Assembly: GCA_051362555.1 (NCBI GenBank)
Contig: CM120640.1
Location: forward strand, 49,392,788 to 49,456,787
DNA length: 64,000 nt
From: Lingula anatina
Taxonomy: Eukaryota; Animalia; Brachiopoda
Direction of reading: 5' to 3'
Below the pieces are notes generated by a model. That model did no database searches and had not been told where the DNA came from. It saw only the letters and a list, made by a program, of their open reading frames with translations. Of the stretch, positions 1 to 45,764 are shown piece after piece (within the stretch, counting starts at the first letter, position 1; the number at the start of each line of letters is the position of its first letter). The translations under genes and the position numbers were made by a program.

Positions 1-8
1 CCTTCCAG

Positions 9-8609
<8,601 letters not shown>

Positions 8610-10519
8610 AGCACATTGGACATTGAGATAAAAGAGCTTAGCTCAAGAGTACAACCTTAAACTATGACAGCCATATAGTGACCAACAGCCAATGGGACTT
8701 ATTATACAAGGCATCTCTTTTTCTTTGAGAAATGAACAGATTCCTTTGTTCAGGAAATCCATCAGTGGTATTTTTCAAAAAATGCTATGTATGAACAATT
8801 ACGTATTTTTTATGAAAAGCCAACACGTATGATATACCATTACCTATTTTGTTATTTCTTAATTCATGGGAAAATGTTCTTGTGAATAATAAAATTTTCA
8901 TCTTTCAATTTTCTAGCTCATGTGCTGCCATACTCTGTGTTGGAGTATTGTCTAGAAATGAAGCAAATCTTGTTTTAGTTTGTGTTTCTTGTGATGCAGT
9001 TGTTTGCTATTTATTGAATGTTTGTGATGCAATTGAATTCTGGGATAATTGGTAAAATCCAAATAGAGGTAATCTGACATTTGTTTAGTGATTGGATGTG
9101 TACCAACACCTATACATTAGTGCAATTAAGTGTTATTTGTTAACAGAAAGATGCAAATTTTGGGGGAAATTGATGCACACTGGAGCAGTATGAACCATTT
9201 CAGGTGTACTTAGGCACGTGAAGATTGTACATAGTAAAAAAATAATAATTGTAAATATATAATTTGTATTAATCAAGATAACAAGAAAATTAGTTGTTTT
9301 TCTGTTCATGTTACTCCAGTAGCCTGTTAGCATACACACAACAAAATGAATTACATTTTAGAGAAAAGGGGAATATTTAGCTTTACCTTTGCTTAGGCAT
9401 CTGAGCACATTTTGTTCTGGTGAACCAAACGTGAATAGTCACTGGGCTTAAAGGTGTACATAGCATTGGTGGTGTTACAGATGGTTGTGAATAACATAGG
9501 GTGATCTGGAGATTTTGAATTAACATTATGGATTGTGATATGTTAATTCTGCTAAAAACTGTAATTATACAAGATGGGAATAAAATATTTGGATGTACAA
9601 GAGAAAAGGGTGTTAGTACTTATTTCAGGTACAGAATCTGAATGAAATCCTCTCATGCATGTCAGAACTTGCAACAATCATAAATAAAGTTAATTTCAAC
9701 AAGAAACGTTTTTGAGAGGTTTACTCCATGGTTTATTCAGCTGTGGATCACTCAAATTAACAAAATTCGAGAACAACTTCAATTTTTCAAAATAAAAAAA
9801 ACGTACAAAACGTAACCTCCCCCCTCCCCCCAAAATAATGAAAATTGTGCAGACAAAATACTCTGGATAAAATTTGAGCAAAAAAACGGAGGTATAACAA
9901 GCAAACAAACCAAACTATAAAACAACATGGTGATAAATTTAATGAGGTGCAATGGCATCCTGAATAAAGGGGATACAGCAAAAGGGATAGGCCCTGGATA
10001 AAAACTGGATATTTAAGTGAAAATAAGCACATCTCGAAAATAAAACACTTCATTATCAAACAACTCTTGTTACATTGTTGGTCTACTTTATTGGGAAACT
10101 TTTCCCATTAAATATTTGAAGTTGGCAAAGCATGCTTTACTGTTCATTTTTGCCAATCTAGGTTTAATGTCACAATCAGAAAAAGAGGCAAAAAATAACA
10201 CCAAAGAATGCTATTCAGGTTCTTGAATTAAATTGTGGTCTCTCTTTCCCTGTTTGGAATGTTATGAAATCAAAATATGAGTGATAGCTTGCATTTACAA
10301 CATTAGGCACGAATAACAAGGCAAGATTAGATGATTTTGACAACCTTCTAGGATACAATCTGCACTAAGCATTACTTTTTACTACTAAATCAAGGGTCTT
10401 TTATAGCAGTTATTCATCCTTACATGATGAAGTAGTAGGAGAAATATGTTTGGAATTTTTTTGTCTGTAGTAATGTCTTAACAAGACATAGCTTTTAGGC
10501 AAGAATATACCAAATAATA

Positions 10520-11753
10520 TCACTCATTTTTAGATTTTAGTTTTTTCTTGCACTTCTCCCTAAATATAATTATAAAGACTATCTCCAGGAGCAAGACCAG
10601 TGCAACTGGTCCAAAAGTATTCCACAATGTTGGAGTAGGTCTTTGTTCAAATACATCCCGCTCATTGTGCAGATCTCTGATGACACCATCAAATTGAAAG
10701 AACGTGGTCATCATGATACACACATGAAAGAACTGGTGACTGTGACCTATAAAATCACATTTTCCTGGCCAAAATCTTTGAGGTATATCAGATGTGTAAA
10801 AAAATCCTGAGGCCAAGAACCAGGCAAGTTGATTAGTATGGGGTGAGATTGTATCGTCACATCTGAATCCATTGATAAAACAGTTAAAAACTTGATCTAC
10901 AACTGGTATGATTAGCCAGATATACAAGAAGCACACTCCAGTAACTTGCCAAACTTTTCGAGCTCTTGGGTAAGGACGCTGATAGCGATATTTAGCATAT
11001 GTGCAACATCCACAGGTTGCAACAGCCAGGAATCCACCCACTGGAACAAACATGTCCTTGAGCCACGAAATCTGATACAGGTGTTCTTCCATACAATAAG
11101 CAAAATGAACTGTTACTGACCCAAATCCATACAATCCTATCCCAGCATAATCTATCATAAAGCAAGTATAATGGAACATCTCTGACTTGGACTGAAAGCA
11201 GTGAGCAAAACTACTAGCTAGATACAAAATGATACTGGAAAGGATTCCAGCAAGCATGGGCCATGTATAGGGATCATTGATGAAGTCCAGCTGTTTAGAG
11301 AAAGACACCAACTTGTGTGTCATTAATATCACAGCAAAGATGTGTGTCCATACATTCATGCACTCATTATGGACTTGAAATATGCTGGCAGGGTAATAGT
11401 ACCATGGTTGGTAGGGCTGTCTAAAGCCAGTGTTGATATTGGGTTCTCTGAACACCTTTGGAACATCTTCAAATGTTGTGGTTGGTGTTAAACAACTAGA
11501 CCTTTTGTCAGCTTCTAAAAAAATAAAATAAATAAAAAAAAATGAATCAATTTACAACTTGCTGTTTTTATGATGTATTTATATATATAAGCATGTCAAA
11601 TGCCTTGAAAATTATATAATAGTTATTAGGAAAAAATATGGCATTGGTCATTTCTAGAGATATAGAACAATGTGTAAGAAGTGACATAAAATATATCATA
11701 CCTTCAATGGAGTCAACTTCATTCTGTGAGCTTTCTGCTTTCACTTTTTGCAT
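10520..11753 (-). CDS. Progestin and adipoQ receptor family protein (membrane progestin receptor, PAQR7/8-like; HlyIII 7-TM)
   Basis: ORF 10520-11455 has PAQR motifs REPNINTGFR, HNECMNVWTH, SSFAHCF, DYAGI and PQRFWPGKCDFIGHSHQFFH. The frame stays open up to an acceptor before 11514. A small upstream exon 11753-11702 (gccATG, MQKVKAESSQNEVDSIE, donor G|gtatga) joins in frame (phase 1). Confidence 0.92.
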
Positions 11754-12019
11754 GGCAACCGTTTACCCTACTAAATACACTACAGGCTGAAATAGGCAAA
11801 GAACATGTATAAAAACGAAACTGAATTAAGGCATGATTTTGTGACAAAGTACAGTGCAAAAGGGTTATAGATTTAACACAGAGAAGGAGCATGTACTACT
11901 GGTATGTAGGCATAACCAAATGTTGCTATCTTTCACTTATGTCACATTTACAAGATCAACAATGACAACAAATTAGCCTTGCACGCTGTCCCAGCTGGCC
12001 AAAGTCAAAGACGTCTTTA

Positions 12020-12242
12020 GGACCCATTCCTAATGAAACTACTGAAACTCGCTGAATGCAATCAGATTAACAACCCTGGCAACGAGTAGAGTAGATCGCT
12101 CTACACAGAAAAGCTAGTGATCACAAAGTACGTTGGAGACAAGGGTAGGTGTGTCTATCTGTTAAACTGATTGCATTCAGCCAAAGTCCCCACGGGATTG
12201 GATTAATTTACGTAAAACTATAGTTTAATTGGGAATGAGCTC
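12020..12242. mobile_element. Degenerate palindromic MITE-like element
   Basis: The left end acccattcctaatgaaacta pairs imperfectly with the right end tagtttaattgggaatgagc. Internally tgaatgcaatcagattaaca (~12054) pairs with tgttaaactgattgcattca (~12160). No clean TSD. Confidence 0.55.
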
Positions 12243-14304
12243 GAAAGCCATGGAAAAGTTTGCAAAAGGGGCTATCTCCCTTCTGAATTAGCAACTTATT
12301 ACTGGGTGAGAGACTTACTAATTATTTCTTCCCAAGTTTTTACAGTGTTATCTTTCTATCCAGTGGCAACACTGAGCCAAGGATCATTTGAATAGGGCTG
12401 TGTGATACTGATAGATGTTATGCAGCGTCTCACGATACTTATTTTCTAAGCTTGGCCTGAACAAAAATGATATCAAAATTTTCTGGTGACATCTACAGAT
12501 CATTGAGCAGCAAAATGCACGATCATTTCACATGGCAGGTCAAGTCTCGTTTTAACGAGAGTTGGTGAACAGTACCAAAAATATATCAAATACTTGAAAA
12601 TATCAAATTCAACGTTAGAACATTTGATATATAAAAATGGAAGTTGAATGCTTATAATTTTGTATAGATTTATGGCACTTTATTTCTCTTTTTACTTCGT
12701 TATCACATTGGACGAGATTTCCGCCATAAGGGAAGTACTTCACAACCTCTGCAGTCGAACTACAAAGTAGTGGTGTATATTTATAAAAAACTGTGCAGAA
12801 AGGTAACAACAATACTTTTTTAAGCATGAGTATTAAAACTAAGTCATAAGTGTCAATTTTATTATATGTTTGCCCTTGCTTTTACTGCGGGGGTGAAAAG
12901 CTGACACTGGCAACACTATGAAGTTGACACCCCGAAACAAATTGCAGTTCACAAAATTGGTACTCTGCTCACTGCTATATACCAGATCGAATTGAGATGT
13001 CAGTGACTCCAATTTTGGGTGTAATTTGCTCATTGTTGTGCTCGAAATAAATCGTTTAGGTTATTTCCTGAAAGTGCTGTCGCAAGTAGCAGAAATGAAA
13101 CACGTCACCCCACACATTTCACTGCCTCTTTCACATGTTGCATGTTGTTGAAAAGTTTCACTTTCACCCTGCTAATCCATTGGGGTTTCCGTGCGTGATT
13201 TCTATTCTCATCCTTGTCACCAATATAGTGTTTCATCTAGGCTCAGTGAGGCATATGTCCTCTCCTCGCATCAAGTGTCTGTATTTAGCTTCTGTTCTAG
13301 CCTCTACACGGTTGCCACATTTGCTCTTTGGTATCACAGGTTGAAGCTTACTATGTAACTATATGATTATAAGGTTGTAGCAGGATATGTGTTGGCCAGT
13401 TTGCACTCTCTTATGTTGTGGCTTAAACTGCACTTAAAGTGCACACTTTTCTTGTCAGGGTGTATATGTTTGCTCTCTGTAGTTCAGGAAGTGCGTCTTG
13501 TACAATCATAACAACTTTAACTGCTAATGCAATGATGCTGTGGCTTGTCCTATGATAAACACTTGACAATTATGTCCTGTTTTTACTTAACATATTCGTG
13601 AGAAGTGGAAAAATAAAAGATCTGCACCCTGATGCACTTAGATGGGATGATATTACCTGAGTTGTCCAATATGAGTGTAATCAATAGAAAAATGTATCTG
13701 TTGTATCACAAGTTTATTTTTTCTGGCCTCACCAGCACCAATGTCTTTCTGGAGTGCTAGTGTCAGAAAACTTCCTTCAGACTTCATCAAAATATTCTTT
13801 GAATGGTCAAGAAAATGATTTTCTGATAGTTAATGATCCAATTAATGCTTTTTAGAGTACTGTTACAGATTGAAGTTTTTTCAGATGGTGTGGTGTTTAA
13901 ATAAGTCAGCTTTTTACATTTCCAATCTACATTAGTAGTGAATCTGATATTAAAAATGAGCTAAGTGAAGTCTGCTAGATAGAGTATATACATATTTATA
14001 TGTGTCTTGTTACTTTCCTGATTGAAAATAAAATGGAGGCACATCCCCAGGCTGATATAATTTGATTTGCTTGCTGATTGACCAGAGCATTCAGTTTATA
14101 TTGTTGCAGTTGTAGTAAATGCACATGTGAATATTTATAAAATGGGTAGAATCTAGTTATATGTAGTAGAATAATGAACTTAAAATAAGATTCTAAGTGT
14201 TGTTTGAAGTAATTTACCTGTAGGGTAATGAACAATGTTCTAGAAAGTGCCTTCCTGCAAATATGTATTCAATTTTTTCACCCTGCCCCTCCCCCCTCCA
14301 ATTA

Positions 14305-14326
14305 CACACGCATGCACGCACGCATG

Positions 14327-14376
<50 letters not shown>
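14305..14376. repeat. (CA)n microsatellite
   Basis: Run of acacac with a cacgcatg lead-in. Confidence 0.9.
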
Positions 14377-14377
<1 letters not shown>

Positions 14378-17300
14378 TTTTGTGTGGTATCGGGTGTCAT
14401 TATCACAGATAAGATCATAAGATAAACTGAAAAGGGGCTGTATAGATTCAAATGATAAAGGTTTGATAAAGGCCTAAACTGCCTTTAAATGTACAATATA
14501 TATCAAGTGTATGTCTTTAGTTATGAAAAATGTTTATGCAGGTGACATATTATAAGTCTACATATTCATACAAAAATTTTGAATAACTTAATTCATGTTT
14601 TATGTCAAGGATTGTTATCTTCTTTTGTAATGTGAAAATATTTAAAGGAAATATCATAAGTACATATTGTTCATTTTTCATGCTCAGGATTATAGTCAAT
14701 GTCTGTAGCATGTAAATTTTTATGTAATGTACTAAATTATATGTTATAGGAGCCTTCAACTTCAAATATAAGGATTGATGTTTTGATGCCAAGTTGATTT
14801 GCGTAGGTACTCAGTGCCCACCCATTTGTTATCTGTGTCATGATCAAACAGCTGCACAGCTAAGTTGATGGTGCCGTGTGCCCAGTAATTATCATGTCAT
14901 TTTCAGACTGTCATTTATCGGAAGTCGGCCATGATGAGGGTGAACAAGAACGTCTTGTGTCACAATAAGTTCAAGATGGACATCTCCCAAACCCCTTAGA
15001 GTAATAAAACTCAGTTCAGTTTAAATGGGTAATTAATGACAAACCAATAAAGGCAGTGATAGTGGAAATGACAACAGGAAGGCCAGGGTCATGAAGTTGG
15101 TGAACTGAGATCTCACTTGTCACCTTGTGTGTCACTGCTTCCTGTTTTGTAAAATGGGCTTGTGGTAGTAGACACTGGTTTTTTATGTTGGGCAGTCATG
15201 CAATTCCAAAACCACCAAAGGTCAGGCTTCGCACTGACTAATACAGGGGTCCACTCACCTCCTACAGTTATCTGTTAGACAGCCAGTGACACACAAATTC
15301 ACTGGGCCAAGGAATACCTTAATTTCTTTTATGATACTGCTGATTAATGCCATCCCATGTTGACCACTGCAGATAAGAAGAGTGTCACATGTGCATAGAT
15401 CTAAAACCTGATCTGTGGACATACCTTGTTTCTTGGGATGAAGTGAGACTGTTTGAGGAAGTTTGAAAGGGACAGAGAGAACTATAGAAGAGAGCTGCAT
15501 TTTTGTTGAAATTGGTTTCAGTTCTTTCATGATGTTAGGAAGTGTACTGGACAATGGCCGCAGTCGTGAGACCTGGATACTTGGACATTGTTGTACTAAT
15601 GGGGTAAGACTAGAGCCTGTGGCAGACAATAGAAAAAGCACAGCTACTAGTATCTGTTTTTGTCATCATTCAAATAGTTTTATGTCTGAGTGAACCCTTG
15701 GCAACACTTAACTAGCAGCTTAAAGGGAGCAAAAATCAATACATTTGTATTTGAACTGGAGTCCTACGTAGTAATTGACCAATATCAAATATGATTTCAG
15801 TATTTAGAATTTACACATACATTTACTAGATGTGATATGGTTAAAACGTGGAATTCTGTGAATCTCAAATTGTTTGATATACTGCAAAATATTGAGAAGG
15901 AATAGATAATGATTTAGGTAAAATTAATTTTAAAAACATAGAGAGACCAGATATATGTTAATTTGATTTTTATGCTCCTTATACTTTTATAAGGCTTGGA
16001 TTAGTTGTGAAATATGAATGATGACAAAAGGTTGCTGAATTTAAAGATACAGAGTCTTTGGCATTAGCTTGCTGCAGTGTAGTGTGGGCGATATTTTCAA
16101 CTTCTGTTAGTATGAACATTGAAGTGTTGGAAATCTTACCAGAAGGACCTCCTAATATGATTATGAAGGATGTATTTGCTAAGTAGCATAGTAAGCTGTA
16201 TAGTTAGAGACTATTTGGCTTGATCTCACTTGCACATGTTCTATTTATAAAATTCTGAAAGTGCATGATTCAAAACGTTTTTCTCAGCTTGTAGTTGGTT
16301 TACTGCATCAATAAGTCTACGGAATCAGGGGTATGGTATGTTTGCAATATGTTTATATTTCATGTAGGTGTTGGGTTGGTGCCCAGGATATTTCAGACTA
16401 AGATTTATGAAAAGATCTCTGGGCTCATGAAAGAAAGGAAAATATTTGCCAGATGTTGAAGATTATTTGCCAGTTTTTCAAAAAGATGACCAATTTATCC
16501 AATTTTGATCAATTTGCTTGCACGGAAAAAACCCCACAATGTCTAGATGGCCATCAGCGTCTTAAAAGCAACTCAGGTGGGAGACCAAATGCAGACCAGT
16601 TCCGCAGAAATTTTTGGCAGAAACTAAAAACAGTGTAAGTGTGATAGATTTGAATGGTCAAGAAATGTCAGGTGGAAATTAGGCAGAAATGTTGGCAATG
16701 TTAAGTATTGGATGCTAAAAATGATGATTGGTTTATAAGTCTTATTGATAATTTGATATTCTTTTTATTCCACTTGAATATGTTGATAACATAACACAAT
16801 ATTGCTCGAAGCCAACAATTTATTTGTGATTAGTGTGTCTCAAGAGGAAATTAAGAAAAGCACAGGTGTTGTCAAACTTCTTGACTTTCTTGAGCCTGTG
16901 ATAATGAAAAAAATCAATAACATGTTTAAGCATGCTTATCTTGCTTTTCTCACACTGTCACCTTTGTTGCTGTGCCCTTAGAGAAAACCAGTCATTTCCG
17001 ATTTGTTTTACAATGTAGTCATCTATGAAAAGCATATTTTCTCTTGAGAGCTGAGGGACCTTAAAATCAAGGTATTATTTAGAAGCCTCTGGGCAGGTTA
17101 ACATCAGCAATTTAACTTAGACAATTATAAATAAAGTTTTCTGAACCACACCGTGTTCATTCAGCAACTTAAAATGTTGTGATGATTCTAAGGATATTTC
17201 GGCAAAAATGTCTTCATACACATTTACCATAAGTTTACCATGTTTGTAAATGTTTGCTCAAGGTTGATTGACTATGTGTTGAAATATACATTCCTCTTGT

Positions 17301-20300
17301 GCAAGATAAAGAAAAAAAAGATTTCTCTAGATAGAAATATTTTTTTGAAAAATGGAATTTTTAATTTTGCCCCTTCCCCCTTTCTCCCTTGTCACAGCAA
17401 AACCTTCATCATACTAAGGTCACATTTCTACAATAGTCAAGTTGTGGTGGCTTAACTTAGCACACACTATCTTGACAGACCATGGGATTACAGTTTCTAA
17501 TAATCATAAGAAGCCAATCAAAGGGCACATGGCTTACCTAAATATAACAATGGTGGCGGGCAGGATAACAGAAGGGATAAGATAGACTTTGTGGTCAAAA
17601 AATATAATGAGAGAGTTTGCACGAAGTTAGGTCATCATAGCTAGGTTAAAACTGTAAATAGACCTTCGCATTAGATGTAACATTCCTTGTTGAGTTGCAA
17701 TCCATGCAGGTGGGTCTGATAAGCTTACAGCTTTGCAAAATATTCAGCAAGACTGTGATCTCAGCAGGGTAGCAGAATATCCCAAGTTCGCTTAGATAAG
17801 GTGTTCAACTTCTCTTCCACTTTGAAGATAACAATATAATTCCCCCATTTGCTTGCCTTGTAACATTGATTCTAACTGTATACCTGTAAAAACCTCTAAA
17901 TCTTTTTTCACCGAGTCAGAAGTGCAATGCAAATTCATTCTTGTTAATGCTTCAGTTTGCTTTTAGTGCATAAAACCATATCTTCATTAGTTCTGTAACT
18001 GTGCTCTGCCAAATTCTTGGCAGGGATATAATGCTATGTACAGGGTATCATATGCATGAAGCTCCTGTTTATACCAGTTTTAGTGACCTTGTCTCATATA
18101 CTTGTCACCTTAAATAGGCAAATCCCAGACTATGATTTTTTCACAAAGTTTATCCTAAACAGTATGTTGACTAGTATAGTAAATAAAAAATTAGAATAAT
18201 AATTTTAAAAAAAGGAAGTGTTTGAGGGATGTAATTATCCTGTATGATTGTAGTCTTACTCTCGCATTTCAACCAAGATCCATAGAATATACTGACACAA
18301 ATCATGCAGGTATATGAATTTATAATGATTCTGGTTTCATTTCTTTCATAAGAAGATTTTCTAAAGATTATGTGAGCTTTCAAGTGAGCAAAACCTTAGT
18401 CTGATCAGCTAGCATGTGTTTATTGTTGGCCATTTTGGTTTACTAGTAAGTCATTCAGAGTTCCCTTATTTATATTTCAAATCTGTTGCAAATTGACAAA
18501 TAGAAATTTTTGAAAAAAATTATTAAGCTGAGTAAATGCAAGTCGGATATATTTGTGAAACATCCTCTGGATAACATCAGATGTCAGGAACTCTTTGTTT
18601 GTAGTTCTGTCTCAAGTTGCAACCATCAGATTCAAAGTTTTCCACAGAATTGACCTAGGCCTTCTTGAAATGTTACCAGGAATACCTGGAGATGGGTAGG
18701 TTTAAGTAATCTCACTTGTGTGTTCACTGAGTCATCTTGGCAGAGGTATTGTAACTTATAATATAGCTGGCACTGCACTGGTGAACTGGTGAAGATATAT
18801 GGCTGAATTGTTAGCCTTGCTTTAGTATATGGTGATCATTTCCTTTCTTAAGGTAGTGTCATTTTTATATTGAACCTTGAACACTAATGAGCAAATCAGT
18901 CGGTTTCTCTCATTTGATTAATCCACTGACAGGTGAATCATAAGGTGATCAGGGAATGTTAATACCTGCAAGTGTGGGATGTTTCACTCCAGTCGTACCT
19001 GCTTCTTATTGTTTACCTTCATTGTAACACCGTGACACATTGACGGATAATTACTAGACCAAGTATTCTTTACTCCCAACTCTTATCTACCTGGGTCAAT
19101 TCACAATATGCTAAGTAGTGTTTGTCTTTCTTTCATGTATTTCCACTTTAAATATGGTTTAGATCTCATGTTCCTCATAAAAGACTTCTAAAACCAATAC
19201 TAATTATAGTAGGAATGCAGTAAGGTGACCATATGGGTTGCCCTATTGTGTAAAACCCTCTTGGCTAAGAATTCCACTTTGCCTTACTCCTACTCTTTTT
19301 ATCACTGCTTTGTTGGGGTACAAGGATGGACACTCATTCCTTGTGCCCAAATGATGTTTGAACATCAAAGGAAATTGTTACTTAACTGTACAAAACAGGG
19401 ACAGTTTATTTTAGCAGTATTTGCAAAGTTAGCAAGTTTATGTAGTGAAAAAGGAGACCGAGGATAAAAATTGACCATGAAATTGAAACAGGTGAGTTGG
19501 CTGCAGGACCTAACCACAGAGCCTAGCTAACATTAGGTATACTGGTGAATATATGACATGGCAGCTTTCAAAGCATCAGTTGATAATTATTTGTGTTTCA
19601 GACCGAGTAGATCACCACCAAGGGCCTATTGAACTGTAAAATATTGGTGCAATGCAGCAATGTCTGAAAGTATGGTGCTTTAGTTCCTCTTCAAAGGACC
19701 CGTTGAATGCATTCCTCTGAGGTCTATTGGAAATATACTTGTGACGGCATTAAGGCAGGGCTTTACCTTATAGCCATCTACTGATCTTTGATTGTGTACA
19801 TTGTTAGTCTAGGTGACCTAAAAGTCCATTATTTGATGTATCTAAAATTCATGAATTGGAGGAGGTCGTACATTTTATCATAATACATGTAGGTACCATG
19901 TTTCAACTCCAAATGCATTCAATAGGTCCAAGAAATCTGAATTTCTTTTATGATATTATTGTGTATGCTGAAGTAAAAACAGAAATTTGCTACCTTTCGA
20001 ACAATTTTAGAAACAATTGGCTGCATTTTCCATGCATGGCATGCTCAGCTGATCATGTTGTCTTGTATTTCCTATATCTTCAGAGACACCATTGAAAACA
20101 ATCATTGCTCATGCTTAGAATAATAGTATCATGATACGTAATTAAGCTCCAGATGACTGGGAAAGCCCTGCCAGTTTTATTTTTCTATGCATATCTTCAC
20201 AGTCAGGTTGAGTCATAATTACCACCTACTTTGATGAGGATCGATTGGATGAAACTCCTAGCCATATGTTGTGGAAAAAATCCCACCATGGGGAAAGATG

Positions 20301-21023
20301 ACCTTCATATGTGACAATGGCAAGGCAGGAATTAAGAAGCATCTTGTATTGTTCTATTGATTGTACTTGAAACTTGAGGCTTAGTCCTGACATTTTATAC
20401 ATCTGTGGGAATATTCATCAGTTCTTAGGGCAGGTTTAGTGCTTGCAGAGATGGCAGGTAGAGGAAACCGGAGCAATTTGGCACTGCAGGTGATTTGGCT
20501 GGGTGTAGTTGGGGTGATTGAATACAGTACTTTTAGGTGTCATGGTCGGTCTCTCTGTCACAGCTTGCTAGACTGTAAAACACTGATTTGTTATCTGGTC
20601 GAAATTCAGTGATATTACTTGAATACATTTACGTAGCAATTCTTTTAAGTGTACTTGAACATCTCTTTAGGCATAATGGTTTTATGAGTGTAGTTTTTGG
20701 TAACTTGTATCTCAAATTTTGCACATTATCTGAATTTATATTCATAATTCAATTAAATATTCCAAATGAACATTTTCCCTCTCGATTACTCACTAACAGT
20801 GTTTGGTCTAGTAAGGTACTGTTCTGAAGTGCTTTTTCTAGTACAGATGCTGTTTTGACTGCACATAATTTAATCATCACCAGAAGCTGCATCATCATGT
20901 ATGCTGTGAGCAATCTTTCTTTATCATTTTTTTTTCTTTATGCATATTCAAGTTTGTTTTTTTTTTTTAATATTCCAAATGAGATTAATGGTGAAAATAA
21001 AAAAGTGCAATTTTTCATTTCAG

Positions 21024-42775
<21,752 letters not shown>

Positions 42776-45253
42776 TAGCTGGAAGGCTAGCTTTTATTTT
42801 TATTTACTTTTTTTTTTTACTGTAGAATTTCGGTTATTCAAGATGCCATATAAGAATGTCAAAGAAGCGAAGAGAGAAATACCAGGGAGGAAATGGAATG
42901 TTGAAGGAAATTATCAATGCGGAAGTAATAGTGCTGCAGTTCCTGTAATTCTTACAAGATTCTTGAAAATATGGCAAATTTCCCAGTGCAAGTCAACGGT
43001 CGCAAGATTGAGCAATTTGGCTATCTTTCAAGCTTTTGCTATTCATTAATGTGCTTACTATGCAGCTGTAGTAAAAATGTTAACCACTTGTTTTGGTTAT
43101 TTTCAATTTGAGAATTTTTTTCATTCTTAGTATATCTGTATTTTATTTGGAATAAGAATTAATTACTTCCAAAAGAATTACATAATTAATACTTCAAGTA
43201 GTGCTCATTTGTTGATGATATTGCCACTTCTTGTATATTAGTAGCTGCTGGACAGCTTTTAGTCGTTCAAATGTTGTCCATCAATTTCTTTTTAGGATAA
43301 TTTTCAGATTAACTTATCATAAGAAATGATACATTATTATACTTTTCACAAAATCTCAAGAAAAATAAGCCAAAGTAGGTTTTTAATTATTTTACTAAGT
43401 AGTGTGTGGCTCCAAGTTGACCCTTGTCGCCTTCTCTCTCCTGTGATTTTCGTTTTATATACATGTATAATATTGATTTACTGTGAACGTAATGTACAAG
43501 CGTGTTCACAAGCTTTGTCAGAAATAGATATGTATAATACTTTTATATAGTATGAAATATGTAATAAGAGTTTGTATGTAAACTGTTAATATGATAGCTT
43601 ATAAAGAGAAAGGGGTGCTTAATATGCCGTGTTGTGCAATCTACGCAATACTCACTCGCTGCAATTGTCGCAATTGTGACGTCCGTATGACCTCACAGAA
43701 ACACAGATGAAGCCTTTGAGGTGTGTAGCCGGGGCCGTAGGGAAGCGGTAGGTGTGCAGCTCCATGTCTCTCACGACCTGCCAGGTTAGATTAGCAATAC
43801 CATCCTCATTCACTTAGAATTTATATGCAGGTTTTCTGTGGATGTGCAACCAGGCACAGCAAACTACTAAAATGAAAATTGACTTTGTCTTCCTGTGTGT
43901 CATGAATAATCAAACTTCAGTGACCTGGACTTGCTCTTAAAACACTGTGTATGGCCCTGGGCTGAATTTGAAAGTTAAACATTGATTTTTATGATACGTG
44001 TGTACATCTGAAGTAGTTCTTGGAAATTCTTTCAATACTGATAATATTCATTTCTAAGCATATTGTATAGGTTATGGATCGGTGAGAAGTTACTTAGTAC
44101 ATTGGCTTTCGTGCATTTTTATTTCCTGTTTTTGAGTTAAAGAAAATGTGTTAAGCCACACACACACACACATACATACACACATATATATATAGCAGTT
44201 GTGTATATATATCACATTGTAACATATGTAAATATGGAGCCATATTGATCACCTCGCGATTTGTACATGAAATGATTAATCAGTTCTTAGTAAAGTTGAT
44301 ACCTGTAACTGTTTAACCAGGCCATCAAAATAAATTCATTGAATCATTTGTTTTGTTGTTAAAACATTTCCATTGAGTGAGTAAATGATAAGAATAACAT
44401 AGCGCTTGACCTTCGCGCGTCAATAAACCACACTATACGTGAATTACCATACGTTGATAATGTGTAGAACGTGTTTTTTCTATGCAACTGAGAGATCGAT
44501 TTCGCAACTTCAATGTGTATATATTATAATTGGAGATGAAAGTACGCAATGCAAAAGCCTGCAAAACATTCCACTACTTGTACCTGATAAGGTTGGATTA
44601 AAAAATTTAAGTGAAGCGTTGTGAAAAGAAGTGAATGAAAATTATGACCGTTAGTGGTGAGAAACTGCGTACTTTCATAAAATGTATAAATAGAAATCTG
44701 GTTATTACTATTATTTTGGTAATTTTATCTTAATACATAAATCAGTTCTGTACTTGGAAATTTTTTAACCAAAAGATTTTTGCCTCGGGCAAAAAAGCTA
44801 TATAAGTCAGCTGGCTGACTAAATGGCTTTTACGTCAGATGCAAATGGTCGACCAACTCAAATTCAATTTACTTCGTCTATAGCTCCTTATATTTGTAGC
44901 ATCTAAGTCAAATAATTTGCTTTGCCGATAGTTGTATATATATATTTTATTGGGAGGGAGGCGCGCCGAAATCTAAGTCGTCACGCGTAATTTACTGCCC
45001 CTGCATTGGGTAAAAGTGTTTGCAAACAAATGACGCTAGTTTCCGTGCCACAATATGTGAAATGTTTGTTTAGTAAGACGTTTATATTTAAGGGTGAGTA
45101 TTGTGGTTACCTGTCGTCATTACTAAGCTGTCTGCGCCTCATCACACCAACAACAGGATGTTATCTTCAGATCAATACAACGTTTTGATCGCCACCTCGT
45201 TTACAACGCTATAAAGATAACCACATCGTTTTATCAAGACCAGGTCTGGAACA

Positions 45254-45730
45254 ATGGGGAGCGGTGCTTCAAAGAAGACCAAATCGTCGAAATTTAAGCA
45301 GAACGCGCTGCTGGTGTCGGGGCTGGCAGCCGCGTCTACGCGGTCCTTGCATGAAGCTGTCACCGACATCACTCAGGTGTCGCAAGGTTCAGATTCTGAC
45401 CACGAGCAAGCACACACGAAGGACGTCGGTGTGGTTGACACACCACTCGTCAGTACCGCTTCCACTGACATGGATATCAACAGACAATTTTCAGAGGAGA
45501 GTCACAGAGTCTCCCTGACATACACTGACACATCGTCAGCGTGGGAACAACTCAGGCAAGGTACTTGCGCTGATATTGATACGCTCCCTCAAACAAAATT
45601 TACAGTGAAAAAATCATATACGCCTTTAAAAAGGCAGCGGACGGTTGACGAGGATGATAATGAGGCATATGATATACCGTACGACAAATTCCTTGGCAGT
45701 AAACCGTTAGGGGACGTTAAAGAGGTAGTC

Positions 45731-45764
<34 letters not shown>

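Noticed and set aside
9749-10019. CACT..AGTG-terminated transposon between the convergent 3' UTRs
   Set aside because: The terminal match is short and imperfect, and there is no TSD.
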